Of a stretch of 64,000 nt of DNA, positions 52,978 to 63,980 are shown piece after piece. The notes below the pieces were generated by a model. It saw only the letters and a list, made by a program, of their open reading frames with translations. It ran no database searches and was not told the DNA's origin. The stretch is from assembly GCF_004010195.1 (NCBI RefSeq), contig NC_057728.1, positions 52,530,401 to 52,594,400 on the forward strand. Direction: 5' to 3'. Origin of the DNA: Chiloscyllium plagiosum (Eukaryota). A program made the position numbers and the translations under genes. Within the stretch, counting starts at the first letter, position 1. Each line of letters starts with the position of its first letter.

Positions 52978-53830
52978 TGCAGAAGACTGGGGCCTGTCAA
53001 CCTGCTGAGGATTGGGTCGTGTTGAAATTGCCAAGAATCAGGGGCCTGAGTAAAGATCAGAGTGGTGCTGGAAAAGCACAGCAGGTCAGGCAGCATCCGA
53101 GGAGCAGGAAAATCGACGTTTCGGGTGAACTTCATTCCTGATGAAGGGGTTTTGCCTGAAACACCAATTTTCCTGCTCCTCGGATGCTGCCTGACCTGCT
53201 GTGCCTTTCCAGCACCACTCTGATCTCTACTCTGGTTTCCAGCATCTGCAGTCCTCACTTTTGCTCAAGAACCGGGGGCCTGTCAAAATTGTAGAGGACC
53301 AGGGGTCAGTTGAAACTGCCAAGAATTGGGGGGCCTGTCGAAACCGCCAAGGACCAGGAATCTGTTTAAACTACTGAAGACCTGAGCCTTTCGAAACCGT
53401 TGAGGACCAGGGCCTGTGGAAACTGTCGAGGACTGGGGCCTGTCGAAACCGTCGAGGACTGGGGCCTGTTGAAACTGTCGAGGATTGTGGCCTGTCGAAA
53501 CCTTGAGGACTGGGGCCTGTCGAAACTGGTGAGGACTAGGGCCTGTTGAAACTGTCGAGGACTGGGGCCTGTCAAAACCGGCGAGGACTGGGGCCTGTCG
53601 AAACTGACGAGGACTGGGGCCTGTTGAAACTGGCAAGGACTGGGGTCTGTTGAAACTGGTGATGATTATGGCCTGTTGAAACCGTTGAGGACTGAGACCT
53701 GTCGAAACTGTCAAGGACTGGGGCCTGTCGAAATTGTCGAGGACTGGGGCCTGTCAAAACTGGCGAGGACCAGGGTCTTATTGAAACTGCCAAGGATAAG
53801 GGCCCGCCAAAACTGCTGAGGACTCAAAGC
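52978..53830. repeat. 26-bp GC-rich minisatellite (consensus GAGGACTGGGGCCTGTCGAAACTGTC), roughly two dozen units
   Basis: Tandem units are directly visible, best conserved at 53400-53790, and interrupted by the 53049-53265 insertion. Confidence 0.92.
53049..53265. mobile_element. Palindromic PLE family A mini-element inserted in the minisatellite
   Basis: Inverted arms gatcagagtggtgctggaaaag... / ...ttttccagcaccactctgatc. Flanks caagaatcaggggcctg (53032-53048) / caagaaccgggggcctg (53266-53282). Confidence 0.85.
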
Positions 53831-54356
53831 TGTCCAATTGAAACTGCTGCACCTCATCTGCAAAAAGAAGAAAAGATGAATTTGATACAAAAACTGAAAT
53901 TCAAAAATAATAAGAAGAAGAAATAATAAAAATGGAAGGATGCGGCTGGTCAGCTGAAAGGAAGTAGACGGGCCAGGAGCCTGGACACTACCTAACCTGC
54001 CATCTCCGCCATCTTGCAGTGATGGCTGCATTTTGGAATCAAAGCAACAGCAGTTTCTCAGCAAAGTGGAGATGTTTTGCAGTTCCTGCCCACAGAGGGG
54101 ATGAAATAGTAGAGATTTGAAAGTCTCGAAACCCTCAACTCTCATCCCAATCCAGATTTGGTTCAATTTTCGTGTAAACTGCAGGTAAGGATCTTTTTAA
54201 AGGTCAACGTTACTGATGTGGGAACGTGATGTAAGCCAGAGAATGCCCTCATCAAGATGGCATTCAGTATGGCTTGGTCCAGAAGTAAGTGGAGATGATC
54301 CGGAAGCCATTTTGAATAAATTGCAATCTGTAACGTCAAAACTACAGGTACAACAT

Positions 54357-54658
54357 GGGCAGCACGGTGGCACAGTGGTTAGCACTGCTGCCTCACAGCG
54401 CCAGAGACCTGGGTTCAATTCCTGCCTCAGGCAACTGTCCGGATGGAGTTTGCATATTCTCCCCGTGTCTGCGTGGGTTTCCTCTGGGTGCTGCGGTTTC
54501 CTCCCACAGTCCAAAAATGTGCAGGTTAGGTGAATTGGCCATGCTAAATTGCCCGTAGTGTTAGGTGTAGGGGAATGGGTCTGCGTGGGTTACTCTTCGG
54601 AGGGTCGGTGTGGACTTGTTGGGCCGAAGGGCCTGTTTCCGCACTGTAAGTAATCTAA
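54357..54658 (+). mobile_element. HE1 SINE, full length
   Basis: gggcagcacggtggcacagtggttagcactgctgcctcacagcgcc..gggttcaattcc..ctgtaagtaatcta. Confidence 0.88.
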
Positions 54659-54879
54659 AAAAAAACACAGCCACATATGTTATTGCTAAAATACTTGTCA
54701 GATCAGACATGACAGCAAAGACAATAAAATTCACTTTTTCCCTGTACAGCACATTGCACACAGAGCTGCCTCAATACAATTGCCACAGGTATGATATTTA
54801 ATATGCACGTTATGTCAGGCCTGCACAGTGAGGGTTTCTACTCAGTTTCCAGTTATATGGTAGACAATAGCTGAAAAGC

Positions 54880-55330
54880 CCCAGGATGGCATTTTCCCAA
54901 CGAACCTTTCCAGTGATTCTCTCAAACTCTGGAGCATCCATTAACATGTCATCCTTGACTTTGTACTGTGCCAGTTTGCAGCACTTGGTCAAAGATTGTC
55001 CGCCCTGGAACCCCAACAAGACCATTGAGTTCTTGGTCCTCTAGCAGCCACTGAGGTTTGTCTTAGTATGCACTCCTGAGACCAGCCAGAGAGTTACAGA
55101 ACTGCTTGGAGTGAATGTGAACAGAAAACATTGCTTCTCTCTCCAGACCTTCTGTGCCAAAGCACATTCCTGACAGAGATGGATCACAATCTCTTCCCCA
55201 GCTGCCTCAGGTTGCCACTGTACTGGGAAGGATCTGATGATGAGGGTCCCTTCTCACCACCAGTCACCTTACATCTTACTGTGTGTTTGAAGCTTCTCCA
55301 AAGAGGGCACTCTGCCAAATGACTTTGAAA
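54880..55330 (-). mobile_element. Old Tx1/L1-like ORF2 C-terminal fragment
   Basis: Minus-strand remnants GEEIVIHLCQECALAQKVWRE (zinc-knuckle end) and LLGFQGGQSLTKCCKLAQYKVKDDMLMDA..KVRW. Confidence 0.6.
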
Positions 55331-55597
55331 TCTGTTCGTAAGGAAGCACTCAATAGGATCCACCATCTCTCAGTTTCTCTGCTCCAGCTCGTAAACGTAC
55401 CGAGAACTAGGGGGTACACAGAGTTTTGCAAAAAGAGCAAAAGTGAGGTGTGAAAATTCTTTTTACACAGTGAGTGCTGGATACACTGCCTGGAAGTGTG
55501 GTGGAGGCAGATTTATTTAAGGGTTTCAAGATGTTATGATTACTTCAAAAGAAATTTAGAACAGGGTACAAGATTGTAGGGAAAAGGCAGGCAATTT

Positions 55598-55900
55598 GGG
55601 TAGCATGGTGGCTCAGTGGTTAGCTCTGCTGCTTTACAGGACTAGGGAGCTGGGTTCTAATCCCAGCCTTGGGTAACAGTTAGTGTGGAGTTTGTACATT
55701 CTCCCTCTGTCTGTGTGGGTGCTCCCGTTTTGTCCCACAGTCCAAAGATAGGCAGGTTAAATGGATTGGCCATGGGAAATTGTCTGTAGGCTGGGTGGAT
55801 TAGCCATGGTGAATGCAGGTTTATTGGGGATGGGTCTGGGTGTGATGCCTTTCAGAAGGGTAGTGTGGACTTGATGGGCTGAATGCCCTGCTTCCACACT
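55598..55900 (+). mobile_element. HE1-related SINE
   Basis: ggtggctcagtggttagc..gggttc..cttccacact. Confidence 0.8.
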
Positions 55901-56524
55901 GAGATGATTCAATGAGATTGGAACTAAGTTAAGATGCTGAGAGAGCCAGTGCAGACACAATGGGCTGAATAGTCTCCTTTTGTTCTCTTACAGTTATGTG
56001 AATTCCTTTTCCTGCAGGACCTTGAAAACCTTGTGCAGGTTCGGCAGCATCAGGCTGAAGACGTCATGTCAGAATCAAAACGTTAACTCTGTTTCTCTCT
56101 CCTCTGACCTGCTGATTTTCTCCAACATTGCCTGTGTTTGGTTTAGATTTCCAGCTTCTGCAGTATGTTGCCTTTATGCTGTGCATACCACTGTCTGACA
56201 GACTTGTGGTCAAGGCTTCATGTCTGGAATGCACTGCCCGCAAACGCAGTGGAGATAGAATCGGTGCATACATTCTAGAGGGCATTGGATGATTATTTAA
56301 ATGGAATTAAATGTGCAAAGAGGTGGGGAACAGGAAGGCGAATGGCATTTTGACCGAATGGCCTCCTTTTACGCTGTAACAATTCTATGATTTTGTACAA
56401 ACCTTGCTGTGAGGTCCAGATGACACAGTACAACTGCTCAGAGTGTTCTACAGCAACATGGCCAGATTCATCCTTCACATGACCAGTGACAGACAGCCTC
56501 AGCATATAGAGCACACACAGCTTA

Positions 56525-57215
56525 ATAGAACTATGAACATAGAAAATAGGAGCAGGAGTAGGCCATTCAGCCCTTCGAGCCTGCACCACCATTCAATATG
56601 ATCATGGCTGATCATGCAATCTCAATATCCCACTCCCGGACTCTCCCCATACCCCTTGATCCCTTTAGCCGCAAGGGCCACGTCCAGCTCCCTCTTGAAT
56701 GTATCGAATGAACTGGCCCCAACGGCTTCCTGTGGGAGAGAATTCAACAGGTTCACAACTCTCTGAGTGAAGAAATTAGTTTAGATTCCCTACAGTGTGG
56801 AAACAGGCCCTTCGGCCCAACCAGTCCACACCGACCCTCGAAGAGTAACCCCACCTAGACCCATTTCCCTCTGACTAATGCACCTAACACTGCAATTTCG
56901 CATGGCCAATTCACCTGACCTGCACATCTTTGGATTGTGGGAGGAAACCGGAGCACCCGGAGGAAGCCCACGCAGACACGGGGAGAACGTGCAAACTTCT
57001 TCTCATCTTAGTCCTGAATGGCTAACCTCTTAATCTTCGACTGTGACCCCTAGTTCCCCAACATCGGGAACATTCTTCCTGCATCTAGTCTGTCCAGTCC
57101 CATCATGATTTCAAATGTTTTTATGAGAGCCCAAACCCCCTCAATCTTCTGAATTCCAGCAAATACGAGCCCAATCAATCCAGTCTTTCCTCATATGTCA
57201 GTCCTGCCGTCCTGG
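56525..57215 (-). mobile_element. CR1 3' end with a nested 5'-truncated HE1 SINE (56777-56996)
   Basis: (ctatgtt) tail and CR1 3' UTR on the minus strand. The host sequence gtgaagaaatt|...|ttcttctcatc is split by the SINE. Confidence 0.8.
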
Positions 57216-57316
57216 GAAACTATCAAAAAGGCAACTTTTCACATCTAAAATAGTGTGCTAATGAAATGATGGCTGTTTGTTATCAGCCAAGGCAATGATT
57301 GCTAATTGCTTTAAGG

Positions 57317-57535
57317 AGAAAGTGAGGACTGCAGATGCTGGAGATCAGAGCTGAAAATGTGTTGCTGGAAAAGTGCAGCAGGTCAGGCAGCATCCAAGGA
57401 GCAGGAGAATCGACGTTTCGGGCATGAGCCCTTCTTCAGGATTCCTGAAGAAGGGCTCATGCCCGAAACGTTGATTCTCCTGCTCCTTGGATGCTGCCTG
57501 ACCTGCTGCGCTTTTCCAGCAACACATTTTCAGCT
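57317..57535. mobile_element. Near-perfect palindromic PLE family A mini-element with two opposed hammerhead cores
   Basis: 93-bp arms (57349-57441 and 57443-57535) with 2 mismatches. 16-bp TSD gctaattgctttaagg at 57301-57316 and 57533-57548. Confidence 0.93.
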
Positions 57536-58426
57536 AATTGCTTTAAGGTCATGCTTGCAGGAGAACTATATACATATCACTGACTGGACAACACTTACAT
57601 TGCCAAAGAAAATAAACAATATCCTTCAATCATGAAACTAGGAACTGACCTCTCTACTTCTCATTCTATCCGAGATTATTGCTGCCAATAGTTGCAGGAT
57701 TTCATCAGATTAGAGATCGGTTAATGAACAGCAGATTGGACACAGCAGGAGGTAAATCTTATCTGGCCCTTCTCAGAATATTTTATTTCTCTATTACACT
57801 CCTTAATAGCTAGAATTTGAGATAGTTTTCAACTGTTTAACTTGTTTTCAATAGCACTTTCCATAATTTGGGAAAGAGTATGTTGTGGTGCCAAACCAGA
57901 ATGAAAATTACAGCTGGCAGGAAATAGCTTCCCACTTACAGTAATGCACGAGACAGACAAAGTGGGTGCTGAAGTCTGTTTTCTGTAGCTGGGGTTTTCT
58001 GGAACAGGTTGCTAGCTTGCTGCAGAGCTGCAGAGGCCTATAGTTTGAGGGACATCACTCCATGTGGTTGACCGGCCGAATCTCTCATTCTCGGCGGCCT
58101 GCTTTAGGTAGACACGCACCTTGCCTGCAGTTACCATCTCTGGAGGCTTCATGTGGAATTGGGCTGTTGGTGAAATGGTCAGTTGGGAGATAAGGCATCC
58201 TCCAAGATGGTGGCTGAGTTGATAAGACTGTGAGTTTGCATGTGCTTTCGCTTTTGTACAGGAAGGAATGTGAGAGCTTGAAACTTTGTGGGAGTCACCT
58301 CTGTTGTATTGAATAATTAAAATTTACATTTTAATTTGAAATATCCTACAGATGATAATTAATGTCTGGATGATATTGATTTTAGCTGGTTTTAAAAAGT
58401 GAAACCTTGCTCACTCCCTGTTGAAT

Positions 58427-58697
58427 GGGTGGCTCAGTGGTTAGCACTGCTGTCTCACAGCACTAGGAACCTGGGTTTGATTCCAGCTTCCAGTGACTGT
58501 CTGTGTGGAGTTTACACGTTCTCCCTGGGTCTGTGGAGGTTTCCTCCGGGTGCTCTGGTTTCTTCCCACAGTCCAAAGATGGGCAGGTTAGGTGAGTTGG
58601 CCATGAGAAATGCGGGGTTATAGTATGGTTCTGGGTGGGCTATCCTTTGGAGGGGCACTGTGGACCCGATGGGCTGAATGGCCTGCTTCCACACTGT
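58427..58697 (+). mobile_element. HE1-related SINE
   Basis: ggtggctcagtggttagcactgctg..gggtttgattcc..cttccacactgt. Confidence 0.8.
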
Positions 58698-60071
58698 GAG
58701 CAGTCAATACATTTTCTTTCTTTGAATGTTATTGGGGTCTCTATGGGGATCAAAACATGCCGCATTTCTAACTGTTATTGTAAATAACTCTAGAAGATGT
58801 CGCTTCAGCTGCTTTGATGCTGTGCTCTGGTATTCCCTCCCTCAATGTCTCTGCCTCTTGCTTTATTTTTCCCTCTCTCTCTCCTCCTTTAATACCTACC
58901 TCTTTGGCCAAGTTTTGGGTCACCTGTCCTGACATCATCTCATTTGGTTCAGTGCCTGAAATGCATCCTGATGAAGGTGCAAAACTTGACCTACTCTTGG
59001 GAAATAAGGCAGGGCAGGTGACTGAGCTGTCAGTGGGGGAGCACTTTGGGGCCAGTGACCATAATTCTATTAGCTTTAAAACAGTGATAGAAAAGGATAG
59101 ACCAGATCTAAAAGTTGAAGTTCTAAATTGGAGGAAGACTAATTTTGACGGTATTAGGCAAGAACTTTCAAAAGCTGATTGGGGACAGATTTTCGCAGAT
59201 AAAGGGATGGTTGGAAAAGGGGAAGCCTTCAGAATTGAGATAATGAGAGTCCAGAGAAAGTATATTCCTGTTTGAGTGAAAGGAAAGGTTGATAGGTAGA
59301 GGGAAAGCTGGATGATTAAAGAAATTGAGGGTTTGGTTAACAAAAAGAAGGCAGCATATATAGACAGGATAGATCGAGTGAATCCTTAGAAGAGTATAAA
59401 GGCAGTAGGAGTATACTTAAGAGGGAAATCAGGAGGGCAAAAAGGAGACATGAGATAGCTTTGGCAAATAGAGTTAAGGAGAATCCAAAGGGTTCTTACA
59501 AATACATTAAGGACAAAAGGATAACTAGGGAGAGAATGGGGCCCCTCAAAGATCAGCAAGGTGGCTTTTGTGTGGAGCCGCAGGAGTTGGAGAAGATACT
59601 AAATGAGTATTTTGTATCAGTATTTACTGTGGAAAAGGATATGGAAGATATAGACTGTAAGGAAATAGATGGCGACATTTTGCAAAATGTCCACTTTACA
59701 GAGGAGGAAGTGCTGGATGATTCGAAATGCATAAAAGTGGACAAACCCCCAGGACCTCATCAGGTGTACCCTAGACACTGTGGAAAGCTAGAGAAGTGAT
59801 TGTTGGGCCTCTTGCTGAGATATTTGTGTCATCAATAGTCATATGTGAGGTGCCGGAAGACTGGAGGTTGGCTAACGTGGTGCCACTGTTTCAGAAAGGT
59901 GGTAAGGACAAGCCAGGGATCTATAGACTGGTGAGCCTGACCTCGGTGGTGGGCAAGTTGTTGGAGGGAATCCAGGGGGACAGGACATACATGTATTTGG
60001 AAAGGCAAGGACTGATTAGGGATAGTCAACATGGTTTTATGCTTGGGAAATCATGTCTCACAAACTTGATC

Positions 60072-62068
60072 ATGTGAGCATAAGAGGTATAGTTAGTAAG
60101 TTTGCAGCTGACACCAAAATTGGAGGAATAGTGAAATGCGAAGAAGGTTACCTCAGATTACAACAGGATCTTGATCAGATGGGCCAATGGGCTGAGAAGT
60201 GGTAGATGGAATTTAATTTAGATAAATGCGAGGTGCTGCATTTTGGGAAAGCAAATCTTAGCAGGACTTATACACTTAATGGTAAGGTCCAAGGGAGTGT
60301 TGCTGAACAAAGAGACTTTGGAGTGCAGGTTCATAGTTCCTTGAAAGTGGAGTCACAGGTATATAGGATAGTGAAGACGGCGTTTGGTATGCTTTCCTTT
60401 ATTGGTCAGAGTATTGAGTACAGGAGTTGGGAGGTCATGTTGCAGCTGTACAGGACATTGGTTAGACCACTATTGGAATATTGCATGCAATTCTGGTCAC
60501 CTTCCTATCGGAAAGATGTGGTAAGTCTTCAAAGGGTTCAGAAAAGATTTACAAGGATGTTGCCAGGGTTGGAGGATTTGAGCTATAGGGAGAGGCTGAA
60601 CAAGCTGGGGCTGTTTTCCCTGGAGCGTCAGAGGCTGAGGGGTGACCTTACATCGAACATAGAGCAATACAGCGCAGAACAGGCCCTTTGGCCCTCGATG
60701 TTGCGCCGATCTGCGAACTATTCTCAGCTTGTCTCCCTACGTTACCCCATCATCATCCATGTAATTATCCAAGGATTGTTTATATCTCCCTAATGTGGCT
60801 GAGTTAACTACGTTGGCAGGTAGGGCATTCCATGTCCTTACCACTCTTTGCGTAAAGAACCTGCCTCTGGTATCAGTCTTAAATCTATCACCCCTCAATT
60901 TGTAGTTATGCCCCTCGTACAAGGTAACATCACCATCCTAGGAAAAGGACTGTCACCATCTACCCTATCTACTCCACTGATCATCTTGTATGCCGCTATC
61001 AAATCCCCTCTTAACCTTCTTCTTTCCAATGAGAACAGACCCAAACCTCTCAGCTTTTCCTCATAAGACCTTCCCTCCAGACCAGGCAACATCCTGATAA
61101 ATCTCCTCTGCACCTTTTCCAATGCTTCCACATCCTTCCTGAAATATGGCGACCAGAACTGTACACAATATTCCAAGTGTGGCCGCACCAGCATTTTGTT
61201 TGGTTGCAGCATGATATTGCGGCTCCAGAACTCAATCCCTCTACCAGTGAAACCTAACACACCGTATGACACTAGGAACTGTTGCCAAGTTATAGCACTA
61301 TCAACCTGGGTGGCAACTTTCAGGGATCTATGTACAGGGACTCCAAGATCCCTCTGCACATCCACACTACCAAGAATCTTTCCATTGACCCAGTACTCTG
61401 CCTTCCTGTTATTCTTCCCAAAGTGCATCACTTCACATCTATCTGCATTGAACTCCATTTGCCACCTCTCAGCCCAATTCTGCAGTTTATCGAAGTCCCC
61501 CTGCAACCTGTAACATTCTTCCACACTGTCCACTACTCCACCGACTTTAGTGTCATCTACAAATTTACTAATCCATCCACCTATGCCTGTGTCTAAGTCA
61601 TTTATAAAAATGACAAACAGCAGTGGCCTCAAAACAGATCCTTCTGGCACACCACTAGTAACCGGACTCCAGTCTGAATATTTTCCACCAATAGAGGTTT
61701 CCAAAATTATGAGAGGCATGGATAGGATAAATAGACAAAGTCTTTTCCCTGGGATAGGGGAATCCAGAACTAGAGGGCATAAGTTTAGGGTAAGAGGGGA
61801 AAGATATAAAAGACACCTAAGGGGCAGTTTTTTCATGCAGTGGGTGATACATGTATGGAATGAGCTGCTAGAGGAACTGGTGGAGGCTAGTACAATTGCA
61901 ACATTTAAAAGGCATTTGGATGGGTATATGAATAGGAAGGGTTTGGAAGGATATGAGCCAGGTGCTGGCAGGTGGGACTAGATTGTGTTGGGATATCTGG
62001 TCGGCATGGATGGGTTGGACCAAAGGGTCTGTTTCCATGCTGTACATATCTATTACTCTATGACTCTA
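60072..62068 (+). mobile_element. Second same-family CR1 copy (5'-truncated) nested in the host
   Basis: Begins at VSIRG and runs to LRGDL at 60650. Resumes at 61692 (EVSKIMRG) and ends in a ctctatgactcta tail at 62068. Confidence 0.85.
60651..61690 (-). mobile_element. Third CR1 (different subfamily), antisense, nested in the second
   Basis: Minus [48 protein letters not shown].., with a distinct 3' UTR and (ctatgtt) tail at 60651. Confidence 0.9.
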
Positions 62069-63294
62069 AGTAACAAAGAGGATTGATGAGGGCAGAGTGG
62101 TAGATGTGATCTGTATGGACTTCAATAAGGCATTCGACAAGGTTCCTCATGGGAACCGATGAACAAGGTTAGATCTCATGGAATACAGGGAGAACTCAGC
62201 ATTTGGATACAGAACTGGCTCAAAGGTAAAAGACAGAGGTTGGTGGTGGAGGGTTGTTTTTCAGACTGGAGGCCTGTAACCAGTGGAGTGCCACAAGGAT
62301 CGGTGCTGGGTCCTCTACTTTTCATCATTTATATAAATGATTTGGATGTGAGCATAAGAGGTACAGTTAGTGAGTTTGCAGATGACACCAAAATTGGAGG
62401 TGTAGTGGGCAGCGAAGAGGGTTACCTCAGATTACAACAGGATCTTGATCGGATGGATCAATGGGCTGAGAAGTGGCAGATGGAGTTTAATTCAGATAAA
62501 AGCGAGGTGCTGTATTTTGGGAAAGCAACTCTTAGCAGGACTTATACATTTAATGGTAATGTCCTAGGGAGTGTTACTGAAGAAAGAGACCTTGGAGTGC
62601 AGGTTCATAGCTCCTTGAAAGTGGAGTCGCAGGTAGATAGGATAGTGAAGAAGGTGTTTGGTACACTTTCCTTTATTGGTCAGAATATTGAGTACAGGAG
62701 TTGGGAGGTCATGTTGCGCTGTATAGGACATTGGTTAGGCCACTGTTGGAATATTGCGTGCAATTCTGGTCTCCTTCCTATCGGAAAGATATTGTGAAAC
62801 TTGAAAGGGTTCAGAAAAGATTTACAAGGATGTTGCCAGGGTTGGAGAATTTGAGCTATAGGTTGAATAGGTTGGAGGCTGAGGGGTGACCTTATAGAGG
62901 TTTATAAAATCATGAGGGGCATAGATCGGATAAATAGACAAAGTCTTTTCCCTGGGGTTGGGGAGTCCAGAACTAGAGGGCAAAGGTTTTGGGTGAGGGG
63001 GAAAGATATAAAAGAGACCTTAGAAGCAACCTTTTTCACTCAGAGTGTGGTACGTGTATGGAATGAGCTGCCAGAGGAAGTGGTGGAGGCTAATACAATT
63101 GCAACATTTAAAAGGCATCTGGATAGGTATGTGAATAAGAAGGATTTGGAAGGATATGGCCCAGGTACTGGCAGGTGGGACTAGATTGGGTTGGGATATC
63201 TGGTTGGCATGGACGGGTTAGACTGAAGGGTCTGTTTCCATGCTGTACATCTCTATGAATCTATGACTCTATGACTTCAGAAAGAAAGGTGGTG

Positions 63295-63980
63295 AGCGTG
63301 GCCCACCCCATCTACATCAATGGAGCTGAGGTTGAGAGGGTGGAGAGTGTCAAGCTCCTCAGAGTGATGATAACTGTCCTGGACTTCCCACGTAGATACA
63401 ACAATCAAGAAGACACAACAATGTCTGTTCTTTCTCAGGCTGCTTAGGAAATTTGGCATGCCCATAAGGACCCTCATTAACTTCTACAGATGCACCATTG
63501 AAAGCATTGTCTGGTAAAAGTATAATGGCCTGGTGCGGCGACTACTCTGCCCAGGACCATAAGAAACTACAGAAGGTTGTGTGCACAGCGCAGAGCATCA
63601 CAGTAGCCAACCTTTCATTCATGGACTCTATTTATATGGCCTGCTGCCGTGGAAAGGCAGCCAAAATGGCATCCCAGTAATGATATCCTACAACCCCTTC
63701 TGCCAGGCAGAAGATACAGAAGCCTGAACACACGCACGAGTAGGTTCACGGATAGCTTCTTCCCGGCTGTAATTAGATTGATGAATGGACTTTCAAGTCT
63801 CAAAAAAATGCTGATCTTGCTAATGCTGACCTCACCTAGCACACAGCCTGCACAATGTCATCTGTATGCCTCTGTCTAAGTCTTTTTGATCTGAACATCC
63901 TTACGTACTAATGATCTGGCTGTACTGCTCGTAAACAAAGCTTTTCACTGTATTTCAGTACGTGACAATAAATATCTCAA
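63295..63980 (+). mobile_element. Rex1/Babar-like (or L2-group) LINE 3' fragment
   Basis: PIYINGAEVERVESVKLL..SWTSHVD..KKTQQCLFFLRLLRKFGM..NFYRCTIES..LLPGRRYRSLNTRTSRFTDSFFPAVIRLMN, with tail cttttcactgt..gtgacaataaa. Confidence 0.8.

Larger units (their letters stand above)
58970..63276 (+). mobile_element. CR1 (HER1-like) LINE host element, from the endonuclease end to the 3' tail, split at 60070/62069
   Basis: EGAKLDLLL..GASDHNSI (APE endonuclease), linker, and RT to GKSCLTNL at 60070. Resumes at 62069 with VTKRIDEG..AFDKVPH..GVPQGSVLGP..FADDTK and continues to the tail. Confidence 0.9.

Noticed and set aside
52978..53830. CRISPR-like appearance (short repeats containing GAAAC)
   Set aside because: The units are contiguous tandem copies with no unique spacers, there are no cas genes, and the context is eukaryotic.
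54357..54430. tRNA-like sequences at SINE heads
   Set aside because: These are A/B-box heads of HE1 SINEs, not complete cloverleaf tRNA genes.
57345..57635. Near-identical ORFs on both strands (MCCWKSAAGQAASKEQE...)
   Set aside because: A by-product of the DNA palindrome; the same pseudo-peptide recurs in other PLE family A termini.
60895..61836. 313-aa minus-strand ORF as an independent gene
   Set aside because: Chimera of antisense host CR1 sequence and the nested CR1 ORF2 fragment.
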